Shown: in pieces, positions 1 through 12,288 of the stretch
Layout: every line of letters starts with the position of its first letter
Numbering within the stretch: the first letter of the stretch is position 1
Translations under genes and position numbers: made by a program
The notes under the pieces: model-generated
Told to the model about the DNA's origin: nothing
Seen by the model: only the letters and a program-made list of their open reading frames with translations
Database searches by the model: none
DNA from: Octopus sinensis
Lineage: Eukaryota
Direction: 5' to 3'
Length of the DNA: 64,000 nucleotides
Assembly (NCBI RefSeq): GCF_006345805.1
Contig: NC_042997.1
Location: 91,574,001 to 91,638,000, forward strand

Positions 1-201
1 AAGAAAGTACCCCAGTACATTCATAACCCAATGGTAAAATTTAGGGAAATATTGGTGCCTACTGTTGATACTGTCCGCTGTACTTGGTTGCTTCAGCTGA
101 TGGTGGATATCAAACAACCAGTAGTTCTTGTTGGAGAGACAGGTACATCAAAAACTGCAAGCATATCAAACTTTCTGAGGTCCCTAGATACTGACACCCA
201 C
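1..201 (+). CDS. DNAH10: DNAH10 exon (5' partial), AAA3 Walker A
   Basis: Frame 1 open from base 1: KKVPQYIHNPMVKFREILVPTVDTVR...VVLVGETGTSKTASISNFLRSLDTDTH; donor gtgagt at 202, phase 0. Confidence 0.93.
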
Positions 202-879
202 GTGAGTAACAGATGTTTTTCAAATATCTTCCTCCCCCTCATCATTATTAACGTTTTTGTTAACATTAAAGTATGATAGATACAACAATAACGATTGGTG
301 ACTTTCTTTGTTGTTGTGTGTGCCAGTTAACGAAGGACTGTTATTGATGGCAAGATGCTGTGAGCACAGGGATAAGGTGGGGCTGGGGGAACCTGGATGT
401 AAAATTGTGATGATGGTGATGGCTAGTAGCACCAAACAGAAAAGCTTGATCATAATTCTCTTCATCTTCTTGAGAATTTTGGCAAAGACAAATACAGATA
501 ATGACTACCAACACTGCTACCATTATCACTACCACTATTTGCATTGTCATATTATTATTATCACTATCAACAGATATCAGAAAATGTAAATCATCAGGTT
601 CAATGTAATTCAGTAGTTAGTTTCATTACTTTTTTGTGGTGAGTTCAAATGTTACAATTCATTCTTCTGGAGTTGTAAGATAAGTACAAGTAATATACTA
701 TATTTTTCTATTGCTTAGGGAAAAGAGGAAGAGGGGGATGATGATGATGGTGGTGGTGGTAGTGGTGGTGATGATAATGATGATGATGATGAGGGGTAGG
801 GGAGGGGAGGAGGAGTGTCTTCTACCTATGCAGACCCTCCCACACAAATAAGAAAAAATATAGTTGATATTCAGACTGG

Positions 880-1230
880 AATTCTGTAGCTTTGTATTTG
901 CAGGAAAATTTTAGTTGGAGATAGGTTCTAGAGAAGTGAAGTTCTGAGGAGTCAGATTGTGGGAGGTGTTTAAATGTGGCATTTGTGATGTGTAGGAGAA
1001 AAGAAGGGGAAGTGATATGCAGGTTGTTAGTTCAAAGGATTAAAATCCATTATAGTTGTGGAAGAAGAGACATATAAAAGAAAAAGAATGTTTGTGAACT
1101 AGCAACTGTGCAGTGTTGGTGAGTAAATCTTTGTCAATTAGGGAATCTTTTTTTGAGGATGCATCTTTGGATGTTGGTATGTTGGCCACTGTCCCAGAAC
1201 AGTACTCTAATGTAACTCCTACTTGTGCTT
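880..1230 (-). mobile_element. Highly decayed L2/CR1-group LINE 3' fragment
   Basis: Minus-strand remnants such as VTLEYCS and ...YNGF...RTSHFSRT resemble the RT C-terminus of L2/Crack elements; frames are broken. Confidence 0.35.
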
Positions 1231-1269
1231 TGTGGGAGGGAGCTAGTTGATTACATCCCTGAAGTGCTT

Positions 1270-1413
1270 ACCAGCACTTATTTTATTAACCCTGAAAGGA
1301 TGAAAGGCAAAGTAGACCTTAATAGAATTTGAACTTAGAACATAAAACCAGAGGAAATGCCACCAAGCATTTTGTGTGGCATGCTAACAGCAATTTTGCT
1401 AGCTTGCTGCCTT
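1270..1413 (-). mobile_element. SINE family A copy (ggcgagctggcagaatc... type)
   Basis: Matches the reverse complement of the + copy at 47960-48185 (core ttttattaaccctgaaaggatgaaaggcaaagt...gaatttgaact). Confidence 0.75.
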
Positions 1414-1420
1414 GGATAAG

Positions 1421-1854
<434 letters not shown>

Positions 1855-2060
1855 TAATGGTTTCAAATTTTGGCACAAGGCCAGTAAGTTCAAGGGTGAG
1901 GTTAAGTCGATTACATTGACCCCAGTCCTCAATTGGTACTTATTTTATTAACCCTGAAAAGATGAAAGACAAAGTCGACCTCAGCAGAATTTGAACTCAG
2001 AACATAAAGACAGACGAAATGCTCCTAAGCATTATGCTTGGTGTGCCAGGCTTTGCCATC
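1855..2060 (-). mobile_element. SINE family A copy
   Basis: aatggtttcaaattttggcacaagg...gtcgacctcagcagaatttgaactcagaac; same family as 1270-1413, 23855-24040, 27374-27530, 44311-44520 and 47960-48185. Confidence 0.8.
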
Positions 2061-2394
2061 TTAGTAGTTGTAGTAGTAATAATTATTATTATTATTATTA
2101 TTAACAAAAAGTTTTTGGGATGGAGAGAGGGAAGCTAGCTGTTGTGGTTGTTTGTTCATGTACAAAATTTGAGCCTTAACTAACATACCATCCTATCATT
2201 TTACATATTTATTCTATTTCCAATGTGACCTTAATTTCTTTTTTAAGAGTAGAGTATGATTTAAGCACAGTTTGGCTGCTATCTGTAGTAGGTCAAGCAA
2301 CAGTAATTAGGCCTCCTCATGGTCATGATGGTAGTGGTTGTAAAAGATGATATAAGGTGTTTGCAAACTATCTTCCATTCATATCTTTTTTCAG

Positions 2395-2547
2395 TTGTTG
2401 CTAAATATGAACTTCTCTAGTCGCACCACATCCCTTGATGTACAAAGGAACCTGGAAGCAAATGTGGAAAAACGGACTAAGGATACATATGGCCCTCCTC
2501 CAGGCAAACGACTCTTGATTTTCATTGATGATATGAACATGCCACAA
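2395..2547 (+). CDS. DNAH10: DNAH10 exon, AAA3 Walker B
   Basis: Acceptor ttttttcag; LLLNMNFSSRTTSLDVQRNLEANVEKRTKDTYGPPPGKRLLIFIDDMNMPQ; donor gtaaga at 2548. Confidence 0.95.
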
Positions 2548-3094
2548 GTAAGATGTTCTCTAGTTTTCAATTTTGAATTTGGACTTTATTTTAGGTTTCT
2601 ACATATGTTAATGCATGTAATAGGTACATAAGACATATAGTGGCAATACAGATGTGATAGATGCCTAGGTGTACTTAGCATGTATTTGTGTTCATGTGTT
2701 GGAGTGACAAGGACCATCTAGTCATCCTTGAGGATGACTGATGACTTGTGCAATGACTTTTTTTAAAGTGAAGAGTTGTGCACTGTCAACCTTACTCTTT
2801 CAACCATGACCATCTTCAATCCAGTGGCAAGATCAGGTCAAGATAATTAGGGATGCAGACATATGCAGTAAATGACCAAAATGTTTTACATGCCTCATAT
2901 TGCTCTCTGCATTTCACAATGTGTTGCTGCAATTGCCTTCCCTCTGTTGAGCCATGAAGGTTTGTCTACCTATGCATGTGAAAACTGGATCCATTGGATT
3001 AAGCCTTCACATGCATAAGTAGGCAAGTCCCAATATGCTAATTGACCCATAGCTGGGACCCTGACAGGTGCTACTACTCCAGGTCAAACTAGAC

Positions 3095-3095
3095 C

Positions 3096-3179
<84 letters not shown>

Positions 3180-3182
3180 TGT
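3095..3182. repeat. (GT)n microsatellite
   Basis: Direct inspection. Confidence 0.95.
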
Positions 3183-3259
3183 TTTACTGTCTCCTCACCT
3201 TGACATCAGATAATAGTTGTAAGCGAGTGTCACTGTCATGCAGGAGGTGTTCTTTGTTT

Positions 3260-3425
3260 CCAGTTTTCCAGGTAATCATGTGTGGGTATGGTGAAATATT
3301 ACCTTGCATGGAAACAGGTGAAGGTTGGCAACAGGAAGTGAATCCAGCTGTACAAAATGTCCGATCCATGTGAGCATGGAAAAATGGTTGTTTTATATTC
3401 ATGTAATTTGTAGATGATGATATTT
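3260..3425 (+). mobile_element. SINE-like family F copy with RTE-type 3' tail
   Basis: gaaatattaccttgcatggaaacaggtgaaggttggcaacaggaag...atccatgtgagcatggaaaaatgg; related copies at 22830-23015 (+), 27620-27800 (-) and 40010-40200 (-). Confidence 0.6.
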
Positions 3426-4328
3426 TCAACTGAGATTTTACAACTGTGAATTAGTTATGTGTATGTACATATATTTACTCAGTTGCTGCCATTTATCCTT
3501 GACCGTTCCTTTGTGTTGATGTGCCATTTTTTATCACTAATAAAACTGTTGGTATTTTTGACGACACAGATATGCTAGTGGAATATGATGAAAAAGATTT
3601 ATAATCATTCACCCATGGTAGTAGTTGAATAATATTCTTAAGGTTGCAATTTACTCATATGCAACATTTTTCAGAGCTTGTCACTAATTCAGTTCTTAAC
3701 CAAATTGAAAACTGTTAACACTTTTGAAGAAGACAGTTCCTTAGCTACATTTTGGCATTAAAAAATTGAGATTTGGTCCAGTAGAAAAAAGTTTACATCA
3801 AACTTTGTAGCGACATTATAGGAGAGTAAGTAATGCCTCCAATCAAGTTTAGATCGTTAAATAACATTTTTATTTTAAAAGCAAAATATATTTATCTTAG
3901 CTTCAATGATAGAAGAAAGCATGAGGAATTTTACAGTTTTGGTCCCATACAACAAAAATCTATATCAAAAGAGTTGTGAAGTAAAATATCATGAAAAAAT
4001 TATAAGGCAAAAAATTACATTTAAGTATAATTAACTTTTTTATTTTAAAAGCAAACTATATTTTAATTAAGCTTAAATGATAGAGCTCAATTCAAAGAAT
4101 TTCATGGTATCAATCTCATGCGATAAAATTTTAAAAGAAAAAAGTTACGAGTGTTTGTTTCTGAAATTTGAGAGTGATAATATAGTTCTATACTTTTTTA
4201 TGAATATAGTTCTATAAGGGGATTTTTAATATATGTCACTGGCATCATAAGGAAAAAAATTATCAACGACACCACTAATTGACACATTATTAATTAACAT
4301 AATAGTATAGCCTGGAAAAAACACATGG

Positions 4329-5214
4329 ATTACATGGAAAGATGCAAGCAAGAGAAATGATATTCTTAAGATTATAAACCTCGAAAAATACAGGACAAGT
4401 TATTACATTTGGAAAAGTTTAGGACAAGTTATTACATCTGGTAAAATACAGAACAAGAAGACTTTTTCTTAAAATATTGCAGCTAAAGATAAAATTTGAA
4501 TATTAAAAATTATTTGATTTTAATTTACTAAGTAACATTATAATTAAGAAAGGTATCATTTTGTTAAAATATTGACACACAAGAATACTTAAAAAATGAG
4601 AGCCAGAAGTACCAATATAGCTAAGGTTTTATGCAAAATAGAATAGTATATAAGGCAGGCAAATTCATTATGTAAAAAACAGGCATTGGGTCAAGACTAA
4701 AAATGTGAAGACATGGCAATAACTCAGGCAATAACTCAAGCAAGTTTTACTGTGAATTTGTTGTTATAGATAGATTTTACTGTAATATATAACTAATTTT
4801 TGTTTTATTCTATTTATTATACTAACTAATTATGTACTACTATTATTTTTTATAACTTATTTTCAAATTTCTAATTATTAATTAATAATTTAAAAAATAA
4901 TTTTTTAAAGTGCAAAAAATATTTTCAGTTATTTTTTGATTTTGAATAGAAGTAACAAGTAATAACAAATAGAAGTAATAACTTGTAATAAAATTTTTAG
5001 TTTTAATAAAAGCTAATATTTTCTAAATCTAAATATTTTATTTGAAATTTTATATTTAGCTGTAATATCTTAAGTAAAAAATTTTCTCGTTCTGTACTTT
5101 ACCAGATGTAATAACTTGTCCTGAACTTTTCCAAGTGTAATAACCTGTCCTGTACTTTTCCAGGTTTATAATCTTAAGAATATTATTTCTCTTGCTTGCA
5201 TTTTTCCATGTAAT
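4329..5214. mobile_element. Fold-back / long-TIR non-autonomous DNA element
   Basis: 4329-4488 is the reverse complement of ~5055-5214 (attacatggaaa.atgcaagcaagagaaat.atattcttaagattataaacct...); each arm has three ~29-bp subrepeats (aaaagtacaggacaagttattacatttgg type); AT-rich non-coding core. Confidence 0.85.
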
Positions 5215-5301
5215 TAAAATATCAATAGTTTAGACAAAAGATAGAGCACTGTTAGAGATTTAATAAATAATTTAATTTACATCTGTCTTACTATTTTATA
5301 G

Positions 5302-5627
5302 GTAGATACCTATGGTACACAGCAACCCATAGCTCTGTTAAAGCTTCTCCTTGAAAAAGGAGGAGTGTATGACAGAGGAAAAGATTTGAACTGGAAACAG
5401 ATGAAAGATATTGGATATATTGCTGCTATGGGTAAAGCTGGAGGTGGACGCAATGAAACTGACCCTCGATTTGTGTCTTTATTCACTTCTTTTAATATGA
5501 CTTTCCCGTCTGAAGAATCATTGTATGGGATATATAACTCAATCTTAAAGGGTCATGTGAAGCCATTCTCTCCAGAGATACATGAAGCTTCAGTTCCTGT
5601 AACAAAGATGACATTGGCTTTGTACAA
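5302..5627 (+). CDS. DNAH10: DNAH10 exon, AAA3
   Basis: Acceptor ttttatag; VDTYGTQQPIALLKLLLEKGGVYDRGKDLNWK...GGGRNETDPRFVSLF...TLALY; donor gtaagc at 5628, phase 2. Confidence 0.95.
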
Positions 5628-6031
5628 GTAAGCTTCTTTTTTTCCCACTTTTATAAATGACATTATTTTTTTGGAATATTGGTTTGTGAAGTTCATTACA
5701 TATAGCTATAAGAATAGCATGTAAATATTGGGTTGAGAAAGCTTTTGGATAGCCTTTATCTTTTTCCATCCCCAAAAGTTTTCAACCCAGTTTTACATAC
5801 TATTCTTTATAGCTGCATGTGATGAGCTTCAAGAACCACTATGCCAATAAAGAATTATTGCACATTCTCTTGAAAGGTTATAAAATTCTTTTGGTGTTAA
5901 ATGACATTATATTTCTCCTAACACTACCCAACTGTTATTGCATATCATTATGGATAATGGTGCTTGTTATGTATGCATCTTTTATCTTTTACTTGATTCA
6001 GTCATTTGATGTTTATTGGGAGTTACATGTA

Positions 6032-7200
6032 TGGATCAAAATAATTTGATTCAAACTCCTTAGTACTCTGAGTTTCAAGCATGTGGCTAGTCTTCAGCCA
6101 TTGAGTCTGAATGAGAGTTTGATTAAAGAGAATCAATGTTTACTGCTGGATGTTAACCTGCAATTGATTGAGAAAGATCATGCAGTGTCGCAGTTTGATG
6201 TTGGTATTTGAGTGACAACAATTACTTGGAAAATACTGAATGGTGAACAGGAAATCGACCACATGGTCAACAGGTAAGTGGTTGTGTGGTTGGAGGTAAG
6301 TAGGAAGGGGCAGTGGATGTGGGAGTATATATGTGTATATATGTGTACATGTATTTGCCCATATACCTGCGTGTATGCATCCGTACTTATATGAGTGTGT
6401 ATGTGTGCTTAGATATAGATTCACACATGTGCAGGCATATGCACACACACACACACAAATGCATGCATATGCACACACACACGTATGCATGCACACTTCT
6501 GTCTCCATGTGTACATGCACATGAGCACATGCACATTCACATGCATACATGTACTCAAGCATATGCGTATGCATGCATACCTACTTGAGTGGTTATGCAC
6601 AAAGGGTGAGAGTATGCAGGTAGACAGGCATGTAGAAGTGTTTGGGATTGGTGATTTGTGGTGCTGTTGATGGAAGTTAGCTTGTGATGGTGACCTTGGT
6701 GCAGGTGGTGCTGGGGATATACCTCCTTAATACCAGTGTGTGCGTTTGTGTGTGTGTGTATGTGTGTGTGTGTGTGTATGTGTGTTTGTGTGTGTGTGTG
6801 TGTGGTGTGTGTGTGTGTGTGTGTTTGTGTGTGTGTGAGTGTACATCTATGCACATACACACTCATATAAGTACAGATGCATACACATAGATATATGGGC
6901 ATATACATGTACACACATATACTCCCACATCTATCACCCCTTCCCCCAACCATGTGACCAATTTCCTGTCCACCACATGGTCAATTTTCTGTTTACCATG
7001 TGGTATTTTCCAAGTAATTGTTGTCACTAAAATACCAACTGTGACACTGTGGGACTTTTTTCAACTAATCACAGGCTAACATCCAGTAGTAAACATTGAC
7101 TCTCTTTAATCAAATTCCCATTCAGACCCCATGGCTGAAGACTAGCGACACGCTTGAAACTCAGAGTACCAAGGAGTTTGAATCAAACTACTTTGATCCA
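6032..7200. mobile_element. Fold-back element with ~360-390-bp inverted arms and TA flanks
   Basis: 6032-~6425 is the reverse complement of ~6838-7200; ends TA|TGGATCAAA...TTTGATCCA|TA. Confidence 0.85.
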
Positions 7201-7204
7201 TATA

Positions 7205-7375
7205 TATGAAAGACTACTGAATGTGGAGAATGATTGGGAGGAGGAGAGCCTGCCAAATGTTGACGCAGTAGAGGCCAGGTATCCGAGAGGCCAGCATAAA
7301 GCAATTAAAGGTATGAAGCCAGGAAAAGCCCCTGGCCCATCAGGAATCACTGCTGAGATGCTTAAAACAACAACT
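7205..7375 (+). mobile_element. RTE LINE internal fragment
   Basis: ERLLNVENDWEEESLPNVDAVE...KAIKGMKPGKAPGPSGITAEMLK; homologous to 9310-9510. Confidence 0.8.
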
Positions 7376-7519
7376 CACTTCCTTCACCAAGCGTCATATT
7401 AATACATTGCTTTTGCTATGTCCTCATGTTTGTTTATTTTTTCTTTTTCTTTTGAGACTTAGCATCCTAAATTTGCCCCTTCTTTCCCATATTTCTACAT
7501 TTTACACACATATTCAGAT

Positions 7520-7680
7520 AGCGTAACTTAGCGGTTCACCAAAAGAGACTGATAGAATAAGTACTAGGCTTACAAAGAATAAGTCCTGGGGGTCGATTTG
7601 CTCGACTAAAGGTGGTGCTCCAGCATGGCCACAGTCAAATGACTGAAACAAGTAAAAGAGTAAAAAGAGAGTAAAGAGTA
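7520..7680 (+). mobile_element. SINE family D 3' part
   Basis: cgtaacttagcggttcaccaaaagagactgatagaataagtactagg...gactgaaacaagtaaaagagtaaaa; reverse-oriented copies at 30510-30730, 35450-35650 and 40605-40805; + copy at 55790-55935. Confidence 0.75.
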
Positions 7681-7797
7681 TAGCATACGTTTACAAATGT
7701 ACAAACATAGAGATACACTAAATCCATAATGTTTATTTGTTATCTAAGTTTTTTAGTGTCTGGTAGTACAGTGCCATTTATTTCTTTCTTTTTATAG

Positions 7798-8005
7798 ATT
7801 TGTTGTCCAAGAATTACCTCCAACACCTTCAAAATTTCACTATATTTTTAATTTACGAGATTTGTCAAGAGTTTATAATGGTCTGTGTCGAACAATGCCA
7901 GAACGCTTTTCTGAAACTCAACAATTTCTGCGGGTGTGGAGAAATGAATGTTTACGAGTTTTTGCTGATCGTTTGACCAATGAAAAAGACAAAAGTCTTG
8001 TACAA
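7798..8005 (+). CDS. DNAH10: DNAH10 exon, AAA3 lid
   Basis: Acceptor tttttatag; (K)FVVQELPPTPSKFHYIFNLRDLSRVYNGL...VWRNECLRVFADRLTNEKDKSLVQ; donor gtaagt at 8006. Confidence 0.95.
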
Positions 8006-8749
8006 GTAAGTTTATCTGTGAAATGTAGAGCATTATCTGTCACTCATGACTGACTTTAATTAATCCATTTAACCACTGTCATTTTGGTTCCTCTTTTTCA
8101 TAAACTGACTTCAATCATCTTGCAATCATTTCAATGTTGATATTGAATACAGTAGTTATAGGAAAAAAAGAATACCAAAATATGGCCCCCAAATGTGAAA
8201 GATACTACTAATCTACTGCTAGTAGCTTTTTGAAAATCACACTTTTTTTATTGTAACTACAAAAATAGAGGAAATATATATTATTTTGAACTTGTTGAAT
8301 CTGGAATAAGGAGCAGGCTTTTTGCAATCTGTGAGTTTAATGTCATTAATGTTCCACTTAAGCTATTACAAAAAAGACATAAACTGGGAGAGAGAGCATT
8401 CTAAAGGGACAGTATTCTGGAAATAAATGGTTAGTGTGAGGCCAATGGGATGAACATATCAAATGTAATAAGAGGTAGGAAGACAAGTAGGTTGTGAGTG
8501 CCTGAGTAGTTGAGGTATAAGACCAGCCAGCTATGAAGATTAGAGAACATTAAGAAGTGATAGGGAAAACAGAGAGAGAAGACAGCATGTTTGTGGACCA
8601 GAAGCTGGAGTGTATCTGATAGTGGAACAGAGTGCTTGTGGTTCAGAAGCTGAAATATGCCAATTAGTGACTACAACTAAAATTTTTTAAAGCCTTTTTC
8701 TACTTTGTGGTATCAAAATGTTCTTGGACTAGTTATGTTCAATAAAAAT

Positions 8750-11645
8750 TAACTCGAGGCTAGAAGGATGCCAAGAAGCAGACCAATCCAGAAAAGAAGG
8801 ATTTGGAAGCTAAAGAACCCTTCACATGGTCAGAGATTTAGGGACATCTTCACTGAGAAATTTGATGAGAAGCGAGGAGGAGCTACAGACTTCAGACACA
8901 GAGGGTAACTGGAAATTCCTATGCAACAGCTTACTGAATGCCACAGAACAAATCTGTGGCTGGTGCAAAGTCCCTTCCAGACCTAGAGTAATGTGGTGGT
9001 GGAATAATATGGTAGACAAGGCTATTAGAGCAAAGAAACAGGCCTGGAAGAGCGGGGGTAGCAGGGAACTGTACCAGACAGCCCGAAGAGAGGCTGGGCA
9101 ACAATTATACATAGACAAGGGAGAAGCAGAAAAGAAGAAGTTTGCCAATGTTCAGCAATGTGAGGACCAATGAATTGAAGTATTTCCGATTGCAAGACAA
9201 TGTGTGAAAGAAAATTGTGATGTCACAGGAGAGAAATGTGTCAGCATGGATGATAGTGCACTTGATTTTAATGATACTGAAAAGAAAGAGGCTTGGAGAT
9301 GCCATTATGAAAGGCTGTTGAATGTAGAAAATGAATGAGAGGAGGAGAGCTTGTTAAATGTTGACCCAGTAGAGTTAAATGAATGGGAAGAGGAGAGCCT
9401 GTTAAATGTTGACCTGCTACCCGAATAGATAGCACCCTGGTAGATAAAGCAATTAAGGATATGAAGTCAGGAAAAGTTCCCAGCCCATCAAGAATCAATG
9501 CTGAGATGCTTAAAATATCGGGTGATGTGGGTCATGGCCTAATCACCTGTATTGTAAACCAGGTAGTTCACAAAGAAGTCATACCCAATGACTGGCGTAG
9601 TAGCACCATAGTCAGCAGCTACAAGGGTAAAGGTGATACTTTAGACAGAAATAACTACAAGGGTATCAACTTCTGGATCAGGTGATGAAGGTGATGAAGG
9701 GAGAAAGTCTGCAAAGATGTGATGCAGTTCGGTTTAGTGCCAGGTAGAAGCACCATGGATGCTATATTCCTGCAATGGTAACTACAGGAGAAATACCTAG
9801 CCAAAGATAAACCCCTATACTTGGCTTTTGTGAACTTGGAGAAAGCCTTTGACAAGGTCTTCCGATCTCTTATCTGGTGGGCGATGTGGAAACTGGATAT
9901 TGATGAGTGGTTAATAAGAGCTGTACAGGCCTTGTACAAGGATGCCATTAGTAAGGTAAGAGTCGGCAATGAGTATAGCGAAGAATTTCGGGTAGAAGTA
10001 GGTGTTCACTAAGGATCAGCCCTCAGCCCCCTCTTATTCATCATAGTCCTCCAGGCCATAACAGAGGAATTCAAGATGGGGCTGGCCTTGGGAGCTCCTC
10101 TATGCTGATTTCAGGTGTGGAAGCAAGGTTTAGAATCGAAGGCCCTTAGAGTCAATGTTGCAAAAGTCCTAGTAAGTAGGAAGGTGAACACATTACAAAC
10201 CCCTTCAGGTAGATGGCCCTGCTCTATCTGTAGAAAAGTTGTAGGTAGAAACTCCATAAGATGTACCCAGTGTAAGCTATGGATGCATAACATCAAAGGA
10301 AGCTTAACTGGGAAGATAGCTTTTGTGTGTAACAGATGTACAGGAGCAATAAACACCACAGATGCTTAGAAAACTGATTCCATCACATGCCTGGGGGAGA
10401 AACTAGAAGTACTTGATAGCTTCTGCTACCTAGGTGACCAAGTCTGTAGTGGGGGTGGATGTTCAGAGAGCATTACCACTAGAATAGGAATAGCCTGGGC
10501 AAAGTTCAGAAAGCTCCTACCTCTATTGGTGACAAAGGGCCTTTTGCTTAGAGTGAAAGGTAGATTGTATGAAGCATGTGTGTAAAGTGGCATGCTACAC
10601 AGCAGTGAAACATGGGCCATGACTGCTGAAGACATGCATAGGCTTGAAAGAAATGAAGCTAGTATGATCTGCTGGATGTGTAATGTCAGTGTGCACACAT
10701 GACAGAGTGTAAGCGCCCTGAGAGAAATGTTAGACATAAGAAGCATCAGATGTGGTGTGCAAAAGAGACAACTGCACTGGTATGGTCATGTGCTACGTAT
10801 AGATGAGAACTGTATGAAGAAGTGTCACTCCCTAACGGTGGAAGGAGCCTATGGCAGAAAGAAATCCAGGAAGACATAGGTGGTGAAGCATGACCTTTGA
10901 ACATTGGGCCTCACATAGGCAATGTAAAAAGACCGAGACCTCTGGAGATATGCTGTAATTGAAAAGACCAGGCAAGGAAAGTGAGATCACAGCTGTAGCC
11001 TGCACCAGTGTTGCATGACCAGCCCATTTAAAAAATACTTTTGAATTGTTGGGCAACATTCCATGCTTGAGGAGACCTATTGAGTCGAGTAAATCAAAGT
11101 CAAATCAAATTACAATCAAATAGAAATTGTAGTCGTGGCCATTACAAGTGCTGGTGACACGCAATAAGCACCATTCATTCATGCGTCTGACTACCTCCCC
11201 ATGCCAGTGGTATGTAAAAAGCACCATCCGAATATGGTCAATGCCCCCCCCCCAGCCCCAACTGGCTCCTGTGCCGGTGGCATGTAAAAAGCACCATCTG
11301 AATGTGGCCGATGCCAGAGCCACCTTACTGGCTCCCCGTGCTGGTGGCACGTAAAAAGCACCATCTGAACATGGTCGATGCCATTCTCCCTGCTTTGACA
11401 GACTCCTGTGCTGGTAGCATGTAAAAAGCACCATCCAAACATGCCCGATGCCAGTGCTGCTTGACTGATTCCCATGCCAGTAGCATGGGAAAAGCACCCA
11501 CTACATTCTCAGAGTGGTTGGCGTTAGAAAGGGTATCCAGCTGTAGAAACATTGCCAGATCAGATTAGAGCCTGGTGTGGCCTTTTGACTTGCCAATCTC
11601 CAGTCCATGGAAAACAGTCGTTAAATGATGATGATGATGATGACT
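8750..11645 (+). mobile_element. 5'-truncated, decayed RTE-clade LINE (RT, Cys-rich finger, repetitive 3' UTR, (GAT)n tail)
   Basis: Fragmented ORFs: MKSGKVPSPSRINAEMLK, FVNLEKAFDKV, VGVH*GSALSPLLFIIVL, ELLYAD, CSICRKVVGRNSIRCTQCKLWMH; many stops; 3' UTR with ~60-70-bp tandem units (gcacgtaaaaagcaccatc...); ends gttaaatgatgatgatgat. Confidence 0.9.
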
Positions 11646-11847
11646 TTGTTTCCTTTCTCCAATTAAAGGGAAAACTTCAATTCATTAAGAACTTTTACAT
11701 GTTTTTAGGTACATCACCTACTACCGCTATTGACTAATAATGTGGCAATAATTTTGATAGTGCTGTACATGCATAATATAAGTTGTATATTTCTCCCTTA
11801 GCTTCTTTGTTTTAAAGTCAGTAAACTTTTTGAACTTCTATTTTTAG

Positions 11848-12006
11848 GAACATATACGACAACTTATTACTGTGGATTATAAAAAATATCATGACTACGT
11901 AATGAGAGATCCAATTCTATTTGGTGACTATGCTAATGCAATGTCAGGTGTAGGATTCTATGAGGATATTCAAGATCTGGACGCCTGCAAAGATTTGTTT
12001 CAAGAG
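11848..12006 (+). CDS. DNAH10: DNAH10 exon, AAA3-AAA4 junction (absent from ORF track)
   Basis: Acceptor tttttag; EHIRQLITVDYKKYHDYVMRDPILFGDYANAMSGVGFYEDIQDLDACKDLFQE; donor gtaaaa at 12007. Confidence 0.92.
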
Positions 12007-12288
12007 GTAAAATCTATTTTCTATTCTCAGAAAATCTGAGAGATGAAAGTGGTGACTACATAATTTATTCCTCAGTTAACATTTATGAACAGATAAAGTA
12101 AATTATAATTTGGTGTTATCAGTAAGAAAGATCCAGAAGTATAAAAAATATTGTGCTATTTTCTTCTTTTGCTGCATTTCTGTGATGTGTTAATAGAGTA
12201 GTAAAGAATGAAGGAACTATTAACTTTTATTGAGTTTTCAATTATGCTTTTTTTTTAATTAGTACCTTCTCCACTTATTGTAATAATA

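Noticed and set aside
3860-4150. Degenerate ~170-bp direct duplication (ttttattttaaaagcaaa..tatatt)
   Set aside because: Real but AT-rich and diverged; probably the interior of an old DNA element, and no termini were identified.
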